From positions 1 to 50,507 of the forward strand of contig JBJTNN010000299.1 in NCBI GenBank assembly GCA_046074125.1: 50,507 bases of DNA, written 5' to 3'. Made by a program: the position numbers and the translations under genes. The stretch comes from Bacteroidota bacterium. Its GTDB lineage: Bacteria > Bacteroidota > Bacteroidia > NS11-12g > UBA955. Below, in pieces: positions 8,228 through 17,605 of this stretch (position 1 is its first letter; each line of letters starts with the position of its first letter). The notes below the pieces were generated by a model. It was not told the DNA's origin. It saw only the letters and a list, made by a program, of their open reading frames with translations, and ran no database searches.

Positions 8228-10465
8228 TCAATTGTAGAATATCCAATTCAATCCGAAACGGATGCGATAGGGCTGGATGGGGTACCCCGCGATGTATTGG
8301 TATCGCGTGTTAAATCCGGGTATGATAAAAATCTCGTTGATGTGTTCTGCTTTGAGGAATATATCCACGGTTTGAACGCGTGCAACGGCATATAGGTCGA
8401 GTTCAAAATAATTGCCCGATTCGGTTTTGTTGGTGTCTACCACGAAGGTGGCTGCATCGGGGCGGTAGTATGTGGTTTGAAATTTCGAGGTGTATTGGAT
8501 GTCGGCCCCCAGGGTTAAATCCATGGCATGATGGAATGCAGGGGTTCTGTATCGGAGGGAAGTTGTGGATTTCCAAACCGGCACACCGTAATTAAACAGA
8601 TTGGTTAATTCAGAGGGTTTAAATGTCTTATTGGAAATGAATTGATTTATTGAAAATTTTGTAAAATACCAATTAAAACCAAGGATAAACGACATGTATT
8701 GGGCGTCCTTTAATTGTGTTACGGGCACGGAATCAATGGACATGGTTGGATTGATCCAAGTGCCGTTTTGAATGGTGAAAGTGGTATTAAATTTCACCTT
8801 TTGTGCATCTGCAAGTGGTGATCCAGTTTGGTTTTTTGCGGGGTTTGGGGCATTCAAGTTGGCCACATTGGGCTTTTTGAATTTTGTTAAATAGAAAAAG
8901 GCCTGATTGCTTTTGTCGCCTGTGAACAACAGTTCTTTGTTGTACAAGAAATGGTTGGAATAGAATGCTTGTTGTTGTAGGCTTGTCGGTTGAAATTGGT
9001 TGTTGTAGTATAAAACAAGACCCCAAGAGAGTTTGCTATTTTTAGGACCCACGACGCTCTGCGCATCAATATACATGCGACTAGAGGAATCAAAGGAATT
9101 TTGGACTGGGTCGTTGATGGAATTGTAATGGTAGGTTTTATGATAAATGGGCATCCCCACCGTGGTCTGGTTTGATCCTTTGCCGTATCCAGCCAATGTA
9201 TGCATGGTGTTGATTCTTGGAATAAACTTACCGAAGCCTTTTGAAACAAACTCCACAGAATGGGAGGCCGATGGATCAGTGAAGTTGTCATTGAACCGGC
9301 TCTGTTTGGACTGATAAGTTTGGGATTGGACAACATAATTTAAACTCAGAGAAGAAAATCTGTGTCGTCGCATCCTGGGGAAATAGTATTCTATGCCCGT
9401 TTTGTGGGTGAAAATGTGCCAAACATTGCTATCGGCTGTTTTGGTTTTGCTATCGAAATAGGTTGATCCGTAGTAGTTGGTGTCGCGTTTACTGTCCTTG
9501 TACTCGTAGGTCAATCGTTGAAAAGCCACTTCCTGACTCACTGCCCAATGTTTGTTGAGATGGTATTTATGGCTAAATAGGTGTTCGAATTGTTTGAATT
9601 TGGAGGCGGCTGTAGTGAGTGTAGGGTTATAAAAGCCCAAAGTTCGCGTACCCCATTTTTCTGTCGATTGCGGAACGAAGAAGAGAGAATCCACGGCAAG
9701 TCCGCCATTTTCATTTCTGTTGGAGCGGTTCCACGTGAGGGCGATGATTTGCTTGTATCGGTTGTTTGTGCTTTGATACAAGCTGCCCAACTTGATGTTG
9801 CGGAATTGGTTGTTTTGTCCAGATCCGGTGTATTGCTCTTGGTTGATGATGCTGCGATAATCGAGGGTGACATTCCATCCCGGACTAAAATTCTGGGTAT
9901 GGAGCGCGTTCAGCGCGATGGTTTTTCCAGGTCCTTGTAAGTAGTTGAATTCTGTGAAAGGTGCAAAGGCACGGTAAAAATTCATGTCGCGTGCACGGGT
10001 GATTTGCGAACCAAATGGGTTACAGCCTGGGTTCACGATGTCTTGCAGCGTGTTGATTTCAAAGCCCGTGTAAACGGGGCTTCCGGGCTCTCCCAGGTTG
10101 AATTGTTGTAAAAACCCCAAACCGTATCGTCCTTGATTGCGATATTGATTTACGTTGATCTGTGCTGTGTCGATTTCGTAACAAGGGTAAATCAAGGTAT
10201 CCTTGGGATTCTTGGTTTTTCTTTTAACATCATTTGAGAACCATATGTAGGGCTCCAACGCGGCATTAAATTCGAGGAAGTTTGAAATACTCGTGGTTCT
10301 GGGTGGAACCTTGGACTTGGGTTTGCTTGCGGTGGTGTCTGATTTGATTGCGGAAGAATCTCCCCGTGATGCGGGCGCACTGGGTTGAAACACCTGTGCA
10401 TCAACGGTTGCTGCTATGCACAATAGGCAAATTAAAACCCAAGTATTTTTCAATTGTTTCTTCAA
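8228..10465 (-). CDS. Outer-membrane beta-barrel protein, Bacteroidota putative-porin type
   Basis: 745 aa with signal peptide MKKQLKNTWVLICLLCIAATVDAQ. Composition is rich in Y/N/T/F with alternating residues, and the C-terminus RIRFGLNWIFYN looks like a beta-signal. Family assignment is by resemblance only. Confidence 0.55.
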   Translation of the reverse strand: MKKQLKNTWVLICLLCIAATVDAQVFQPSAPASRGDSSAIKSDTTASKPKSKVPPRTTSISNFLEFNAALEPYIWFSNDVKRKTKNPKDTLIYPCYEIDTAQINVNQYRNQGRYGLGFLQQFNLGEPGSPVYTGFEINTLQDIVNPGCNPFGSQITRARDMNFYRAFAPFTEFNYLQGPGKTIALNALHTQNFSPGWNVTLDYRSIINQEQYTGSGQNNQFRNIKLGSLYQSTNNRYKQIIALTWNRSNRNENGGLAVDSLFFVPQSTEKWGTRTLGFYNPTLTTAASKFKQFEHLFSHKYHLNKHWAVSQEVAFQRLTYEYKDSKRDTNYYGSTYFDSKTKTADSNVWHIFTHKTGIEYYFPRMRRHRFSSLSLNYVVQSQTYQSKQSRFNDNFTDPSASHSVEFVSKGFGKFIPRINTMHTLAGYGKGSNQTTVGMPIYHKTYHYNSINDPVQNSFDSSSRMYIDAQSVVGPKNSKLSWGLVLYYNNQFQPTSLQQQAFYSNHFLYNKELLFTGDKSNQAFFYLTKFKKPNVANLNAPNPAKNQTGSPLADAQKVKFNTTFTIQNGTWINPTMSIDSVPVTQLKDAQYMSFILGFNWYFTKFSINQFISNKTFKPSELTNLFNYGVPVWKSTTSLRYRTPAFHHAMDLTLGADIQYTSKFQTTYYRPDAATFVVDTNKTESGNYFELDLYAVARVQTVDIFLKAEHINEIFIIPGFNTRYQYIAGYPIQPYRIRFGLNWIFYN

Positions 10466-10540
10466 AGCAAGTCAGACGCACAAAATTGCAAATAAATATC
10501 CAACCTTGGTTGGTGAGGCGTAAATTGGTAGAAAATTGAA

Positions 10541-11011
10541 ATGGCCCTCTTTGGTATAGTGATAGACGAAGGTTTTTTGCACTTGGCGGGCATTTTTTTG
10601 CTTAGCGGTGTGAAATTTCTGTTGGGATTGATTTGGGCCATGGCCTTCGTGGAAAATGATTTTTTGGGGTTGTTTATATCGGTGGTTGGGGGCGTCTTTG
10701 GTAGTTTTATATGGATATTTTTGGGTCATTGGATTTTGGAGAAGTGGGTCATTTTTACGCAAAAGCGGGGCGGTTTGAATGGCCCAGTAAAGCGTTTTAG
10801 TAGAAAAAATCGATTCATTGTGCGCGTCAAACGCTCTGGCGGGGTGTATTTTTTGGTTTTTCTTGCACCCATTATCATCAGCATTCCCGTGGGATGTTTG
10901 GTATTGACTACGATGGAATCAAACCGATTTCGGTTGTTGATGTTGATGACGGCGTCTGTTATTCTTTGGGGTATTGCCATCTACTTTGGGGTGAAAGCTT
11001 CGTTGTTTTGA
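10541..11011 (+). CDS. Small integral membrane protein, unknown function
   Basis: 156 aa with about 4 hydrophobic helices and a basic central loop (KRGGLNGPVKRFSRKNRFIVRVKR). It heads the plus-strand cluster. Confidence 0.45.
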   Translation: MALFGIVIDEGFLHLAGIFLLSGVKFLLGLIWAMAFVENDFLGLFISVVGGVFGSFIWIFLGHWILEKWVIFTQKRGGLNGPVKRFSRKNRFIVRVKRSGGVYFLVFLAPIIISIPVGCLVLTTMESNRFRLLMLMTASVILWGIAIYFGVKASLF

Positions 11012-11115
11012 GCATTTGGGTGTTGCCCATGGACTGTCATAACCGCATGAAAATGACACATTTCTTTGTCTATCGTTTGTTAGATACTTGGGTTGATGAG
11101 TAAATTGTACCCAAA

Positions 11116-13164
11116 ATGAAGACATTCATCAAGTTCATTTATCCGATTGCTTGCGTTGTGCTATTTTTTGCTTGTAAACGTGAGCCACTTTCGTGGGACA
11201 ATCGGGTGGTTGCCCCCTTGTTCAAGACCAAGTTGGGGTTGGGGCAAATAGATGCCAAATTTTTACAGAAAACACCTTCTGATAGCAGTTACAAATTGAC
11301 CTACGAAAATTTGGTATACAGTTATCGAATGGCCAATGTGCGTGCCTATGATACTGGGTTAACGGCTTCGTTCAATTTGAGAAAGTTGAAGTTAAACAAC
11401 CAAACCATCGTGCAGAAAATCACGCTGGGACAAATCAACCCCATTTTTAAATTGCTTAACGGTCAAACGGCCGATATACCTGAACAAAACCAAGGGAATT
11501 TATCGCCCGTAGACATCGATGCCAGTGCATTTTTTGAGACGGCGACCTTAGACAGTGGGTATTTGGATATCAGCATCACCAACAATTTACCGGTGAATGT
11601 AAAATTGGTTGTTTTTGAATTGACCAATGCCGGCGATAACAGTCAGGTTGCATACGATTCTTTTACGAACATCCCCATGAATGGCAAGGTGACGAAGCGC
11701 ATCGATTTGCGGAATAAAACGGTTACCAAACAACTGAAGGGCAGCATCAAGCGATTGACCACAGAGGCCAGCAATGGTCCAGTGTTGATTGATGCCGACA
11801 AGGGGGTTGACGTGGAATTGACGGTTTCTCAGCTTCGTCCGCGGTATGCCATTGCGGCGTTTCCAACCCAGAACGTGATTGAGCAAAACGAGGGGTTAAC
11901 GGTTTATATGGGGGGTGCAGAAGTGAAGTATTTTAAGGCCAAGGCCGGAAAATTGAAGATCAATTTGGTGAGTACCATTCAGGAGGACATGACGATGTAT
12001 TTTGAGATTCCGAGTGCCAAGAAAAATGGTGTGGTTTTATCGAGCATCGTGAAATTGCCAGCGGCTCCTGCTGGGGGTTCGAGCAAACGATTTGAGGATT
12101 TCGATTTAACCGATTACATCATTGATTTCAGGGGCAAGGATCCAGATGTGAAGGATACGGTGAATACATTTCACCAAATTTTAATTGTTCGTTTGGATAG
12201 CTCGGGAAGGAAGGTTGCCATCGGTTTAAAGGACAGTATTCGGTTGGAGTACCGCATGGAATCGTTGGTTCCGGATTATGCCATTGGATACATGGGGCAA
12301 TCACTCACCCAGACGGGCGATCAAAAAACGCCATTTGATTTATTCAAGGGATTGAATGGCGATTTCAAATTCAAAGATTTCAAGGTGAGTTTGGTGGTGA
12401 AAAATGGTATCGGCGCGGATGGTCGTGTTAAGGTGAATTCTTTGAAGGGGGAGAACGTATTTACCAAAAATTCCGTGGCGCTCAAGGCAACGCCTTTGGC
12501 GAACGATATATTTATTACGTCACCGCCGTTTGTTCGGGATGCTTATACTGTTTCGGAGGTGGTTTTGGATGCGGGAAATTCGAACATCAAGGCCTTTATT
12601 GAGAATTTGCCACAGATGTTGGATTACAATCTCGACATGGAAGTCAATCCCAACGGAAACGTGAGTTTATACAAGGATTTTGTGTTTGATAACAGCAAAG
12701 TAGACATCGTATTGAAAGTTGAGGCGTCGGCGAATTTTTCAGTGGGAGAATTTGTGTTGCGCGATACCCAGGCCATTGATTTAAACTCGCTGGGTGATGT
12801 TTCACGCATCAAATCGGCCAAAATGGAAGTGAATGTGAGCAATACTTTTCCCATTGGCGCGAAGTTGCAGATGAGTTTGCTGGATCCTGAGATGCACATG
12901 TTGACCCAGTTGGATATCGATCCATCAGACCAAGTGATTGAGCCAGCGGTTTTGGATGCTGCGGGCTATCCCAGTCAACCGGGTGAGACCTTCTTCACGA
13001 TGGGTTTGGGCAAGGACAAAATAGAGGCGTTGAAAAAGGCCAAGTTTATTGCCATTACAACCACCTTTTTGGGGTCGGGTCAGATGCAGAAAATTTACGA
13101 TGTGAGTACGATTTCGGTTTCTACTGTGGTAGATTTTGAGTATGAAGTTAAAATGGGCAAATAG
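11116..13164 (+). CDS. Large probable lipoprotein, unknown function
   Basis: 682 aa with N-terminus MKTFIKFIYPIACVVLFFAC-KRE (signal peptide plus Cys). Beta-rich sequence with three similar segments: ITNNLPVNVKLVV, KINLVSTIQEDMTMYF and VNVSNTFPIGAKLQM. Confidence 0.6.
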   Translation: MKTFIKFIYPIACVVLFFACKREPLSWDNRVVAPLFKTKLGLGQIDAKFLQKTPSDSSYKLTYENLVYSYRMANVRAYDTGLTASFNLRKLKLNNQTIVQKITLGQINPIFKLLNGQTADIPEQNQGNLSPVDIDASAFFETATLDSGYLDISITNNLPVNVKLVVFELTNAGDNSQVAYDSFTNIPMNGKVTKRIDLRNKTVTKQLKGSIKRLTTEASNGPVLIDADKGVDVELTVSQLRPRYAIAAFPTQNVIEQNEGLTVYMGGAEVKYFKAKAGKLKINLVSTIQEDMTMYFEIPSAKKNGVVLSSIVKLPAAPAGGSSKRFEDFDLTDYIIDFRGKDPDVKDTVNTFHQILIVRLDSSGRKVAIGLKDSIRLEYRMESLVPDYAIGYMGQSLTQTGDQKTPFDLFKGLNGDFKFKDFKVSLVVKNGIGADGRVKVNSLKGENVFTKNSVALKATPLANDIFITSPPFVRDAYTVSEVVLDAGNSNIKAFIENLPQMLDYNLDMEVNPNGNVSLYKDFVFDNSKVDIVLKVEASANFSVGEFVLRDTQAIDLNSLGDVSRIKSAKMEVNVSNTFPIGAKLQMSLLDPEMHMLTQLDIDPSDQVIEPAVLDAAGYPSQPGETFFTMGLGKDKIEALKKAKFIAITTTFLGSGQMQKIYDVSTISVSTVVDFEYEVKMGK

Positions 13165-13165
13165 G

Positions 13166-14557
13166 ATGAGGCGATTGGGAATTATTGGGTTATTGTGGCT
13201 GGGTTTGCCGTTATCGGCATCAGCGGTTGATGAAAAGGGTTTAAAGCCAGAGCCCCCAGTTGTCATGCCGAAGCCTGCACCCGTTGGGGAGTTGTTCCGA
13301 TATCATTTCGCGACAGGTTCCAATGTGTTGCCTTTTTCATTGACTGAGAAATTGGCCTTGGGAGGGTACGTAGGATCTGACATTACGCAGGAGGTAGAGT
13401 CGCATTTGAAGGGTAACAACCGCGCGGGGCTGTATCAGCAGTTTTCGTTGGTGATTTATCCATTGCGTTCGCGGTTTGATGGGGGTGCGTTGCGTTCCTC
13501 TTCGGTTCCAAAATCCAGTGTTTCGCCTGAAAAGGTTGCGCTGAATGCCATTTCTGTGCGCTCTGTTCAATCGGTTGGAGCGAAGTTCTCGGATGATGCT
13601 TATCGGCTTGTGTTTCGGGGCAATGGCTACTATCGCGGGCAGACATTAGACGTGGGTAACAACCAGTTTCAGGTGCTGGGATACAATGCCGTAGATTTTC
13701 GTTTTGATGCTAAGGTCAAATTTCAGGTATCATTACTGCAGGCAACATCATTTTCTCGATTGCAAACGGGTAATATGTCTTTGTTTACCAGTGCTTCGGG
13801 CGATTCTTTGGCTTTTAACGGGCGATTTTACAGCCAGGGCGTGAATGGGAATCCTTGGTTACAAAAAGGCATGGGCTTGGCAGTAGGGTTTGATAAAATG
13901 CTGAAAATTAAGGGACTCGGTACTTTTAAACACGCCGGGAGGACGCATTATTTATACTTTGGGGTAAAGGATTTTGGTTTTATTCATATGCCCAAAGTCG
14001 CGGTCCAGAGTCGGGGTTATGTTTGGGATGCGTCGATGCAGGGTTTGTCGGTGGCGGGTGAGTCGAGCACCAAAATGGTTGGATTGAAACAGGCCGTTGT
14101 GAATGCCAAAGAGTTGCAGTTGAGCAATTGGTTTGGGAATCAGCGCGACTCGGCGATTTCTCGGTTACAGATACAGGAGCAGACGCGGTCAGGCACAGTA
14201 TTGACGCCATTTGCATTGTATGCCGATTTGACAAACTTCAAGGTCAAGGGTCAGTATTTTAGCATGAATGTTACCTATTTAAATGTGCCAGGGTATCGGG
14301 TATCGGGCAGGCTTTCGTGGGAAAAAACATGGATGCCAAAGGGCGAGCAAAAATGGACGTATTTGACGTTGAGTCCATACTTGGCTATGGGAGGGTTTGA
14401 CACGTATGATTTGGGTTGTGCTGTTAATTTCGAGACGCCCATTCAGCATTTGGGAAAGACGTTTTTCCGTGTTGATTTCCGCGGATTGGAAGCGTGGGTG
14501 ATGCCAAACAAGCAGCACGGTGCGGGGCTATCTGCCGCCATGATTTTTAAACTTTAA
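13166..14557 (+). CDS. Secreted, probably outer-membrane protein, unknown function
   Basis: ATG 13166 lies 1 nt after the upstream stop and gives MRRLGIIGLLWLGLPLSASA. Beta-rich, with an aromatic-rich C-terminal strand ...GLSAAMIFKL. Confidence 0.55.
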   Translation: MRRLGIIGLLWLGLPLSASAVDEKGLKPEPPVVMPKPAPVGELFRYHFATGSNVLPFSLTEKLALGGYVGSDITQEVESHLKGNNRAGLYQQFSLVIYPLRSRFDGGALRSSSVPKSSVSPEKVALNAISVRSVQSVGAKFSDDAYRLVFRGNGYYRGQTLDVGNNQFQVLGYNAVDFRFDAKVKFQVSLLQATSFSRLQTGNMSLFTSASGDSLAFNGRFYSQGVNGNPWLQKGMGLAVGFDKMLKIKGLGTFKHAGRTHYLYFGVKDFGFIHMPKVAVQSRGYVWDASMQGLSVAGESSTKMVGLKQAVVNAKELQLSNWFGNQRDSAISRLQIQEQTRSGTVLTPFALYADLTNFKVKGQYFSMNVTYLNVPGYRVSGRLSWEKTWMPKGEQKWTYLTLSPYLAMGGFDTYDLGCAVNFETPIQHLGKTFFRVDFRGLEAWVMPNKQHGAGLSAAMIFKL

Positions 14558-16170
14558 GGATTGTTGATGCGATAAAGGGCCCATTGACCGCTACGGGTTA
14601 GGGGTAGGGTATCTGTCATGGGCACGGCGAAGTTGGCATAGTCTGTAAACCATCGTTTGGAATCGTTGGTTACAACATAGCCCAATTTTCTATTTTTTGA
14701 TTTCCAAGGATACTCTGCGGGTACGGGTTGTGATTTCGATTGAAAGATTCCTTTGGCGAGATCGGGTTGGTAATCGGGTGCCAAACGGACACCTTTGGTT
14801 TGTAGGGCGTAAAGGGCGGTATTTGGCGATGGGTCGAAGGCCACAAATACTTCAAGGTCTTCGGTGTTGTTTTGTTTCAGCCAGAGGGCGATGGTTTCAA
14901 GGTCTTTGATGTCGGTGATGACGTTCTGACAGTAATAATCGTTGGGGGTAAAGCGATGGTGTAGCATGCGTTTGGCGTGACCAAAGCTCACAAAGGGGAT
15001 GATCCACAAACCCAGCATACTGGCAATCGCTGGCATGCCCTGCAGAAATATCTTTCCGTTGAGGTATCGCTGTTGAAGCGACAGTATCGCCATGAGTACA
15101 AAGGGCCAGGCAGAGAGGAAATAGTAGTCGTGAAATCGAAATTGGAGGTGGAAGAGTACATAAAGACCACCGAAACCCAAAAACAGCCAAAGGCTGAGTT
15201 TTTCAACGAGACTGAGGTTGTTGCGAAATTTGAGGATGGTATAGAGCCAGATGCCTACGATGCCCACCAAACACCAGGTAGGGTAAAGGGAGTCTTTCCA
15301 GGTATTGAGGCTGTATTCGGTGACTTGAATGAATTCAGGGATGGATTTGCTGGGGTTGATTTGTTGTAGGAAATGGGTGTTATAGGTGCTGTTGGTGAGG
15401 TATTGCGCGTAGCGGTACCAGGCAGCAATGGGCAGGAAGGGAATGAACAGGGCTAGCCAGGGTACGTTTGGCAGGGTGATGGTTTGTTCTTCGTCGAGGA
15501 TTTGATAGGTGTTATCGCTGGTTTGGATGACGTTTGAGCGATGTTTTCGCTTCTCAAAAAACAGGACTGCGATGATGGCAAAATGCACGATCATGAACGA
15601 CACTTTGATGAGTCCGGTAAGGGTAATGAGTGCCAAATAGATCTTGAAATTTCGTTTGGGTTCTAGGTGAAAATGCCATTGAATCCAGTGGTAGAGTGCG
15701 GCGATGGACAGTGAAAGGGCTACGGGATCGGCCAGGAAATTCCAGGTGTAGAAGACAAAGGTGGGTGATAGGTAAAATATCCCGAGGAGGGCCAATTTGC
15801 TGGCGGTGCGGGGTATGTAGAGGGATAGTAAGCGCCAGGCCGACCACATGCCATAGGTGACGATACTACCCACGAGCAGGCGGTAAATGATGGGTTTGAA
15901 TCCGAAAAGTTTGTACAGCAGCGCGACCAGATAGGGTATTATGGGGAATTCCATGCCCGCGACGCCTTCGGCGGCGCGGTTTTCCATCACCCTGGGTTCA
16001 AAAAAATTCATTGATTCGTGCCAAAAATTCCAGGCAACACATGCGCGATCGGCCTGAGCACCTTGATGCATGCCATAGACCGGCATATTCATGAAATCTA
16101 ACCATCCAAGGGCCAACTGAATGAAGATCCAAAACAGCCAAAAAGCGCGATCGGGGTGTTTTTGTTCCAA
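14554..16170 (-). CDS. ArnT/PMT-like (GT39/GT83-type) polytopic glycosyltransferase
   Basis: 538 aa with more than 10 TM helices followed by a soluble C-terminal domain. It sits immediately downstream of a polyprenyl-phosphate GT2. The call rests on family-level architecture only. Confidence 0.55.
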   Translation of the reverse strand: MEQKHPDRAFWLFWIFIQLALGWLDFMNMPVYGMHQGAQADRACVAWNFWHESMNFFEPRVMENRAAEGVAGMEFPIIPYLVALLYKLFGFKPIIYRLLVGSIVTYGMWSAWRLLSLYIPRTASKLALLGIFYLSPTFVFYTWNFLADPVALSLSIAALYHWIQWHFHLEPKRNFKIYLALITLTGLIKVSFMIVHFAIIAVLFFEKRKHRSNVIQTSDNTYQILDEEQTITLPNVPWLALFIPFLPIAAWYRYAQYLTNSTYNTHFLQQINPSKSIPEFIQVTEYSLNTWKDSLYPTWCLVGIVGIWLYTILKFRNNLSLVEKLSLWLFLGFGGLYVLFHLQFRFHDYYFLSAWPFVLMAILSLQQRYLNGKIFLQGMPAIASMLGLWIIPFVSFGHAKRMLHHRFTPNDYYCQNVITDIKDLETIALWLKQNNTEDLEVFVAFDPSPNTALYALQTKGVRLAPDYQPDLAKGIFQSKSQPVPAEYPWKSKNRKLGYVVTNDSKRWFTDYANFAVPMTDTLPLTRSGQWALYRINNP

Positions 16171-16174
16171 CTCG

Positions 16175-17122
16175 TTAGGGATTGAGGTGATCGATGTTGG
16201 ATTCTTTTACGATGTAGGTAGGTCGATTTTTGACATTTTCGCTCACACGGCCCAAGTACTCACCCAAGATTCCTATGCCCAAAAGTTGTACGCCTCCCAA
16301 AAATAACACGGAAATGTGGAGGGATGTCCAACCTACTTCTGTATAGCCAAAAAACTTTTGGTACAAACTGTATAAAATCAATAAAAAAGCGATGCCTGAC
16401 ACTGCAAAGCCCAACAAAGTTGCCATTTTCAATGGCCAGTTGCTAAAGCTGGAAATGCCATCGGTGGCGAAGCGCATCATTTTTCCGTATGTAAATTTGG
16501 TGCTACCACCCATGCGTTCTTCGCGGTCGAATTCTACGAAGGTGGCGTTGAAGCCAATCCAGGCAATCTGTCCGCGCAAGTATTTGTGGCGCTCGGGCAT
16601 GTTTTTCAGCACTTGCTGCACTTTTTGGTGGATGAGTCGGAAATCACCGGTATCGATGGGGATGTTGATTTGGGTAATTTTTGCCAAAACACGGTAAAAC
16701 ACTTTGGCTGTGAGTTTTTTTAGCCAGGATTCGCCTTTGCGTTTTTTGCGTTTGGCGTAGACCACCTCAAAGCCCTCCAACGATTTGTTGTAGAGATCGG
16801 GGATCAATTCTGGCGGGTCTTGTCCATCGCCATCCATGATGATTATTCGTGTTCCGATGGCATTTTCAATGCCGGCAGTTATGGCGATTTGGTGACCAAA
16901 ATTGCGCGAAAAATCAATGAATTTGATGCATGGGTAAGACGTGGTGAGTCCTTTTAATATGTCCGCACTGGCGTCGGTAGATCCGTCGTTGATGTAAATG
17001 ATTTCGTACTGAACCTCTAGGTTCTCTACCACTTGTACGATGCGGTTGTTGAGTGGAACCACGTTCATCTCTTCGTTGTAGATGGGTACGATGATAGACA
17101 AATCAACTTTTCCGTGGGTCAT
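16175..17122 (-). CDS. GT2 polyprenyl-phosphate glycosyltransferase (ArnC/GtrB-like)
   Basis: LSIIVPIYNEE, INDGSTD and MDGDGQDPP (DxD) motifs plus two C-terminal TM helices, which is the ArnC/GtrB/DPM1-like layout. Confidence 0.85.
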   Translation of the reverse strand: MTHGKVDLSIIVPIYNEEMNVVPLNNRIVQVVENLEVQYEIIYINDGSTDASADILKGLTTSYPCIKFIDFSRNFGHQIAITAGIENAIGTRIIIMDGDGQDPPELIPDLYNKSLEGFEVVYAKRKKRKGESWLKKLTAKVFYRVLAKITQINIPIDTGDFRLIHQKVQQVLKNMPERHKYLRGQIAWIGFNATFVEFDREERMGGSTKFTYGKMMRFATDGISSFSNWPLKMATLLGFAVSGIAFLLILYSLYQKFFGYTEVGWTSLHISVLFLGGVQLLGIGILGEYLGRVSENVKNRPTYIVKESNIDHLNP

Positions 17123-17126
17123 TCAA

Positions 17127-17134
17127 CAAAAATA
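17127..17134 (-). promoter_or_regulatory. -7 box TATTTTTG only 4 nt upstream of the GT2 ATG
   Basis: Plus strand reads caaaaata. On the minus strand the text is TATTTTTG-TTGA-ATG. Confidence 0.35.
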
Positions 17135-17149
17135 TGGAAATTGAATAAG

Positions 17150-17157
17150 TACCTTTG
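17150..17157 (+). promoter_or_regulatory. -7 box TACCTTTG upstream of the thioredoxin gene
   Basis: Matches TAnnTTTG and lies 25 nt upstream of ATG 17183. Confidence 0.35.
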
Positions 17158-17182
17158 TGTAAATCACGAAAACAACAAAAAA

Positions 17183-17584
17183 ATGCAGATGAGTTTCAAA
17201 TTGGGAATACTAACGATGGCGTTTGCCATGATCACATCCGTATCTTGTCAGAACAAACCCGCGGGTGCTCACGATGGTCCAATCACCGAGCAACAGTTCG
17301 ATGCCACCATTAAAGGGGACAAATTGGTCATGGTAGATTTCTACACTACTTGGTGTGGTCCATGCAAGAAAATGGCGCCGTTTGTTCAACAGATTCGCGA
17401 GAACCGCGGCAAGGATGTGATTGTGCTGAAAGTGGATGCTGAGGCCCAGGCCACCATCGCCGACCGCTACCGTTTGGAGGGGTATCCCACGGTTATTTTC
17501 TTCAAGAATGGACAGGTGATAGGCAGGGTATTGGGCTATCAGACCTACGAGAATTTGAGCGGTTTTGTGGACCGGTTCAAATAA
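17183..17584 (+). CDS. Exported, possibly lipidated thioredoxin
   Basis: Internal ATG gives MQMSFKLGILTMAFAMITSVSC-QNK. WCGPCK active site and a thioredoxin fold-length domain. Confidence 0.85.
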   Translation: MQMSFKLGILTMAFAMITSVSCQNKPAGAHDGPITEQQFDATIKGDKLVMVDFYTTWCGPCKKMAPFVQQIRENRGKDVIVLKVDAEAQATIADRYRLEGYPTVIFFKNGQVIGRVLGYQTYENLSGFVDRFK

Positions 17585-17605
17585 TCAGAGGGGTTGATTG
17601 AGGCG

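Noticed and set aside
10500-10513. Near-palindrome ccaaccttggttgg in the divergent porin/small-membrane-protein intergenic region.
   Set aside because: It is a short, single occurrence whose loop is too small for a stable hairpin. It could be an operator, but nothing else supports that.
17033-17182. Long N-terminal extensions in ORF-track entries: thioredoxin 17033, ABC-F 43119, esterase 43139, msrB 4637, obg 26034, lplA 33195, fabD 46185, mce 21062 and the 13136 and 29156 ORFs.
   Set aside because: The extensions overlap neighbouring genes or promoters, often use non-ATG starts, and precede internal ATGs that give canonical N-termini or signal peptides.
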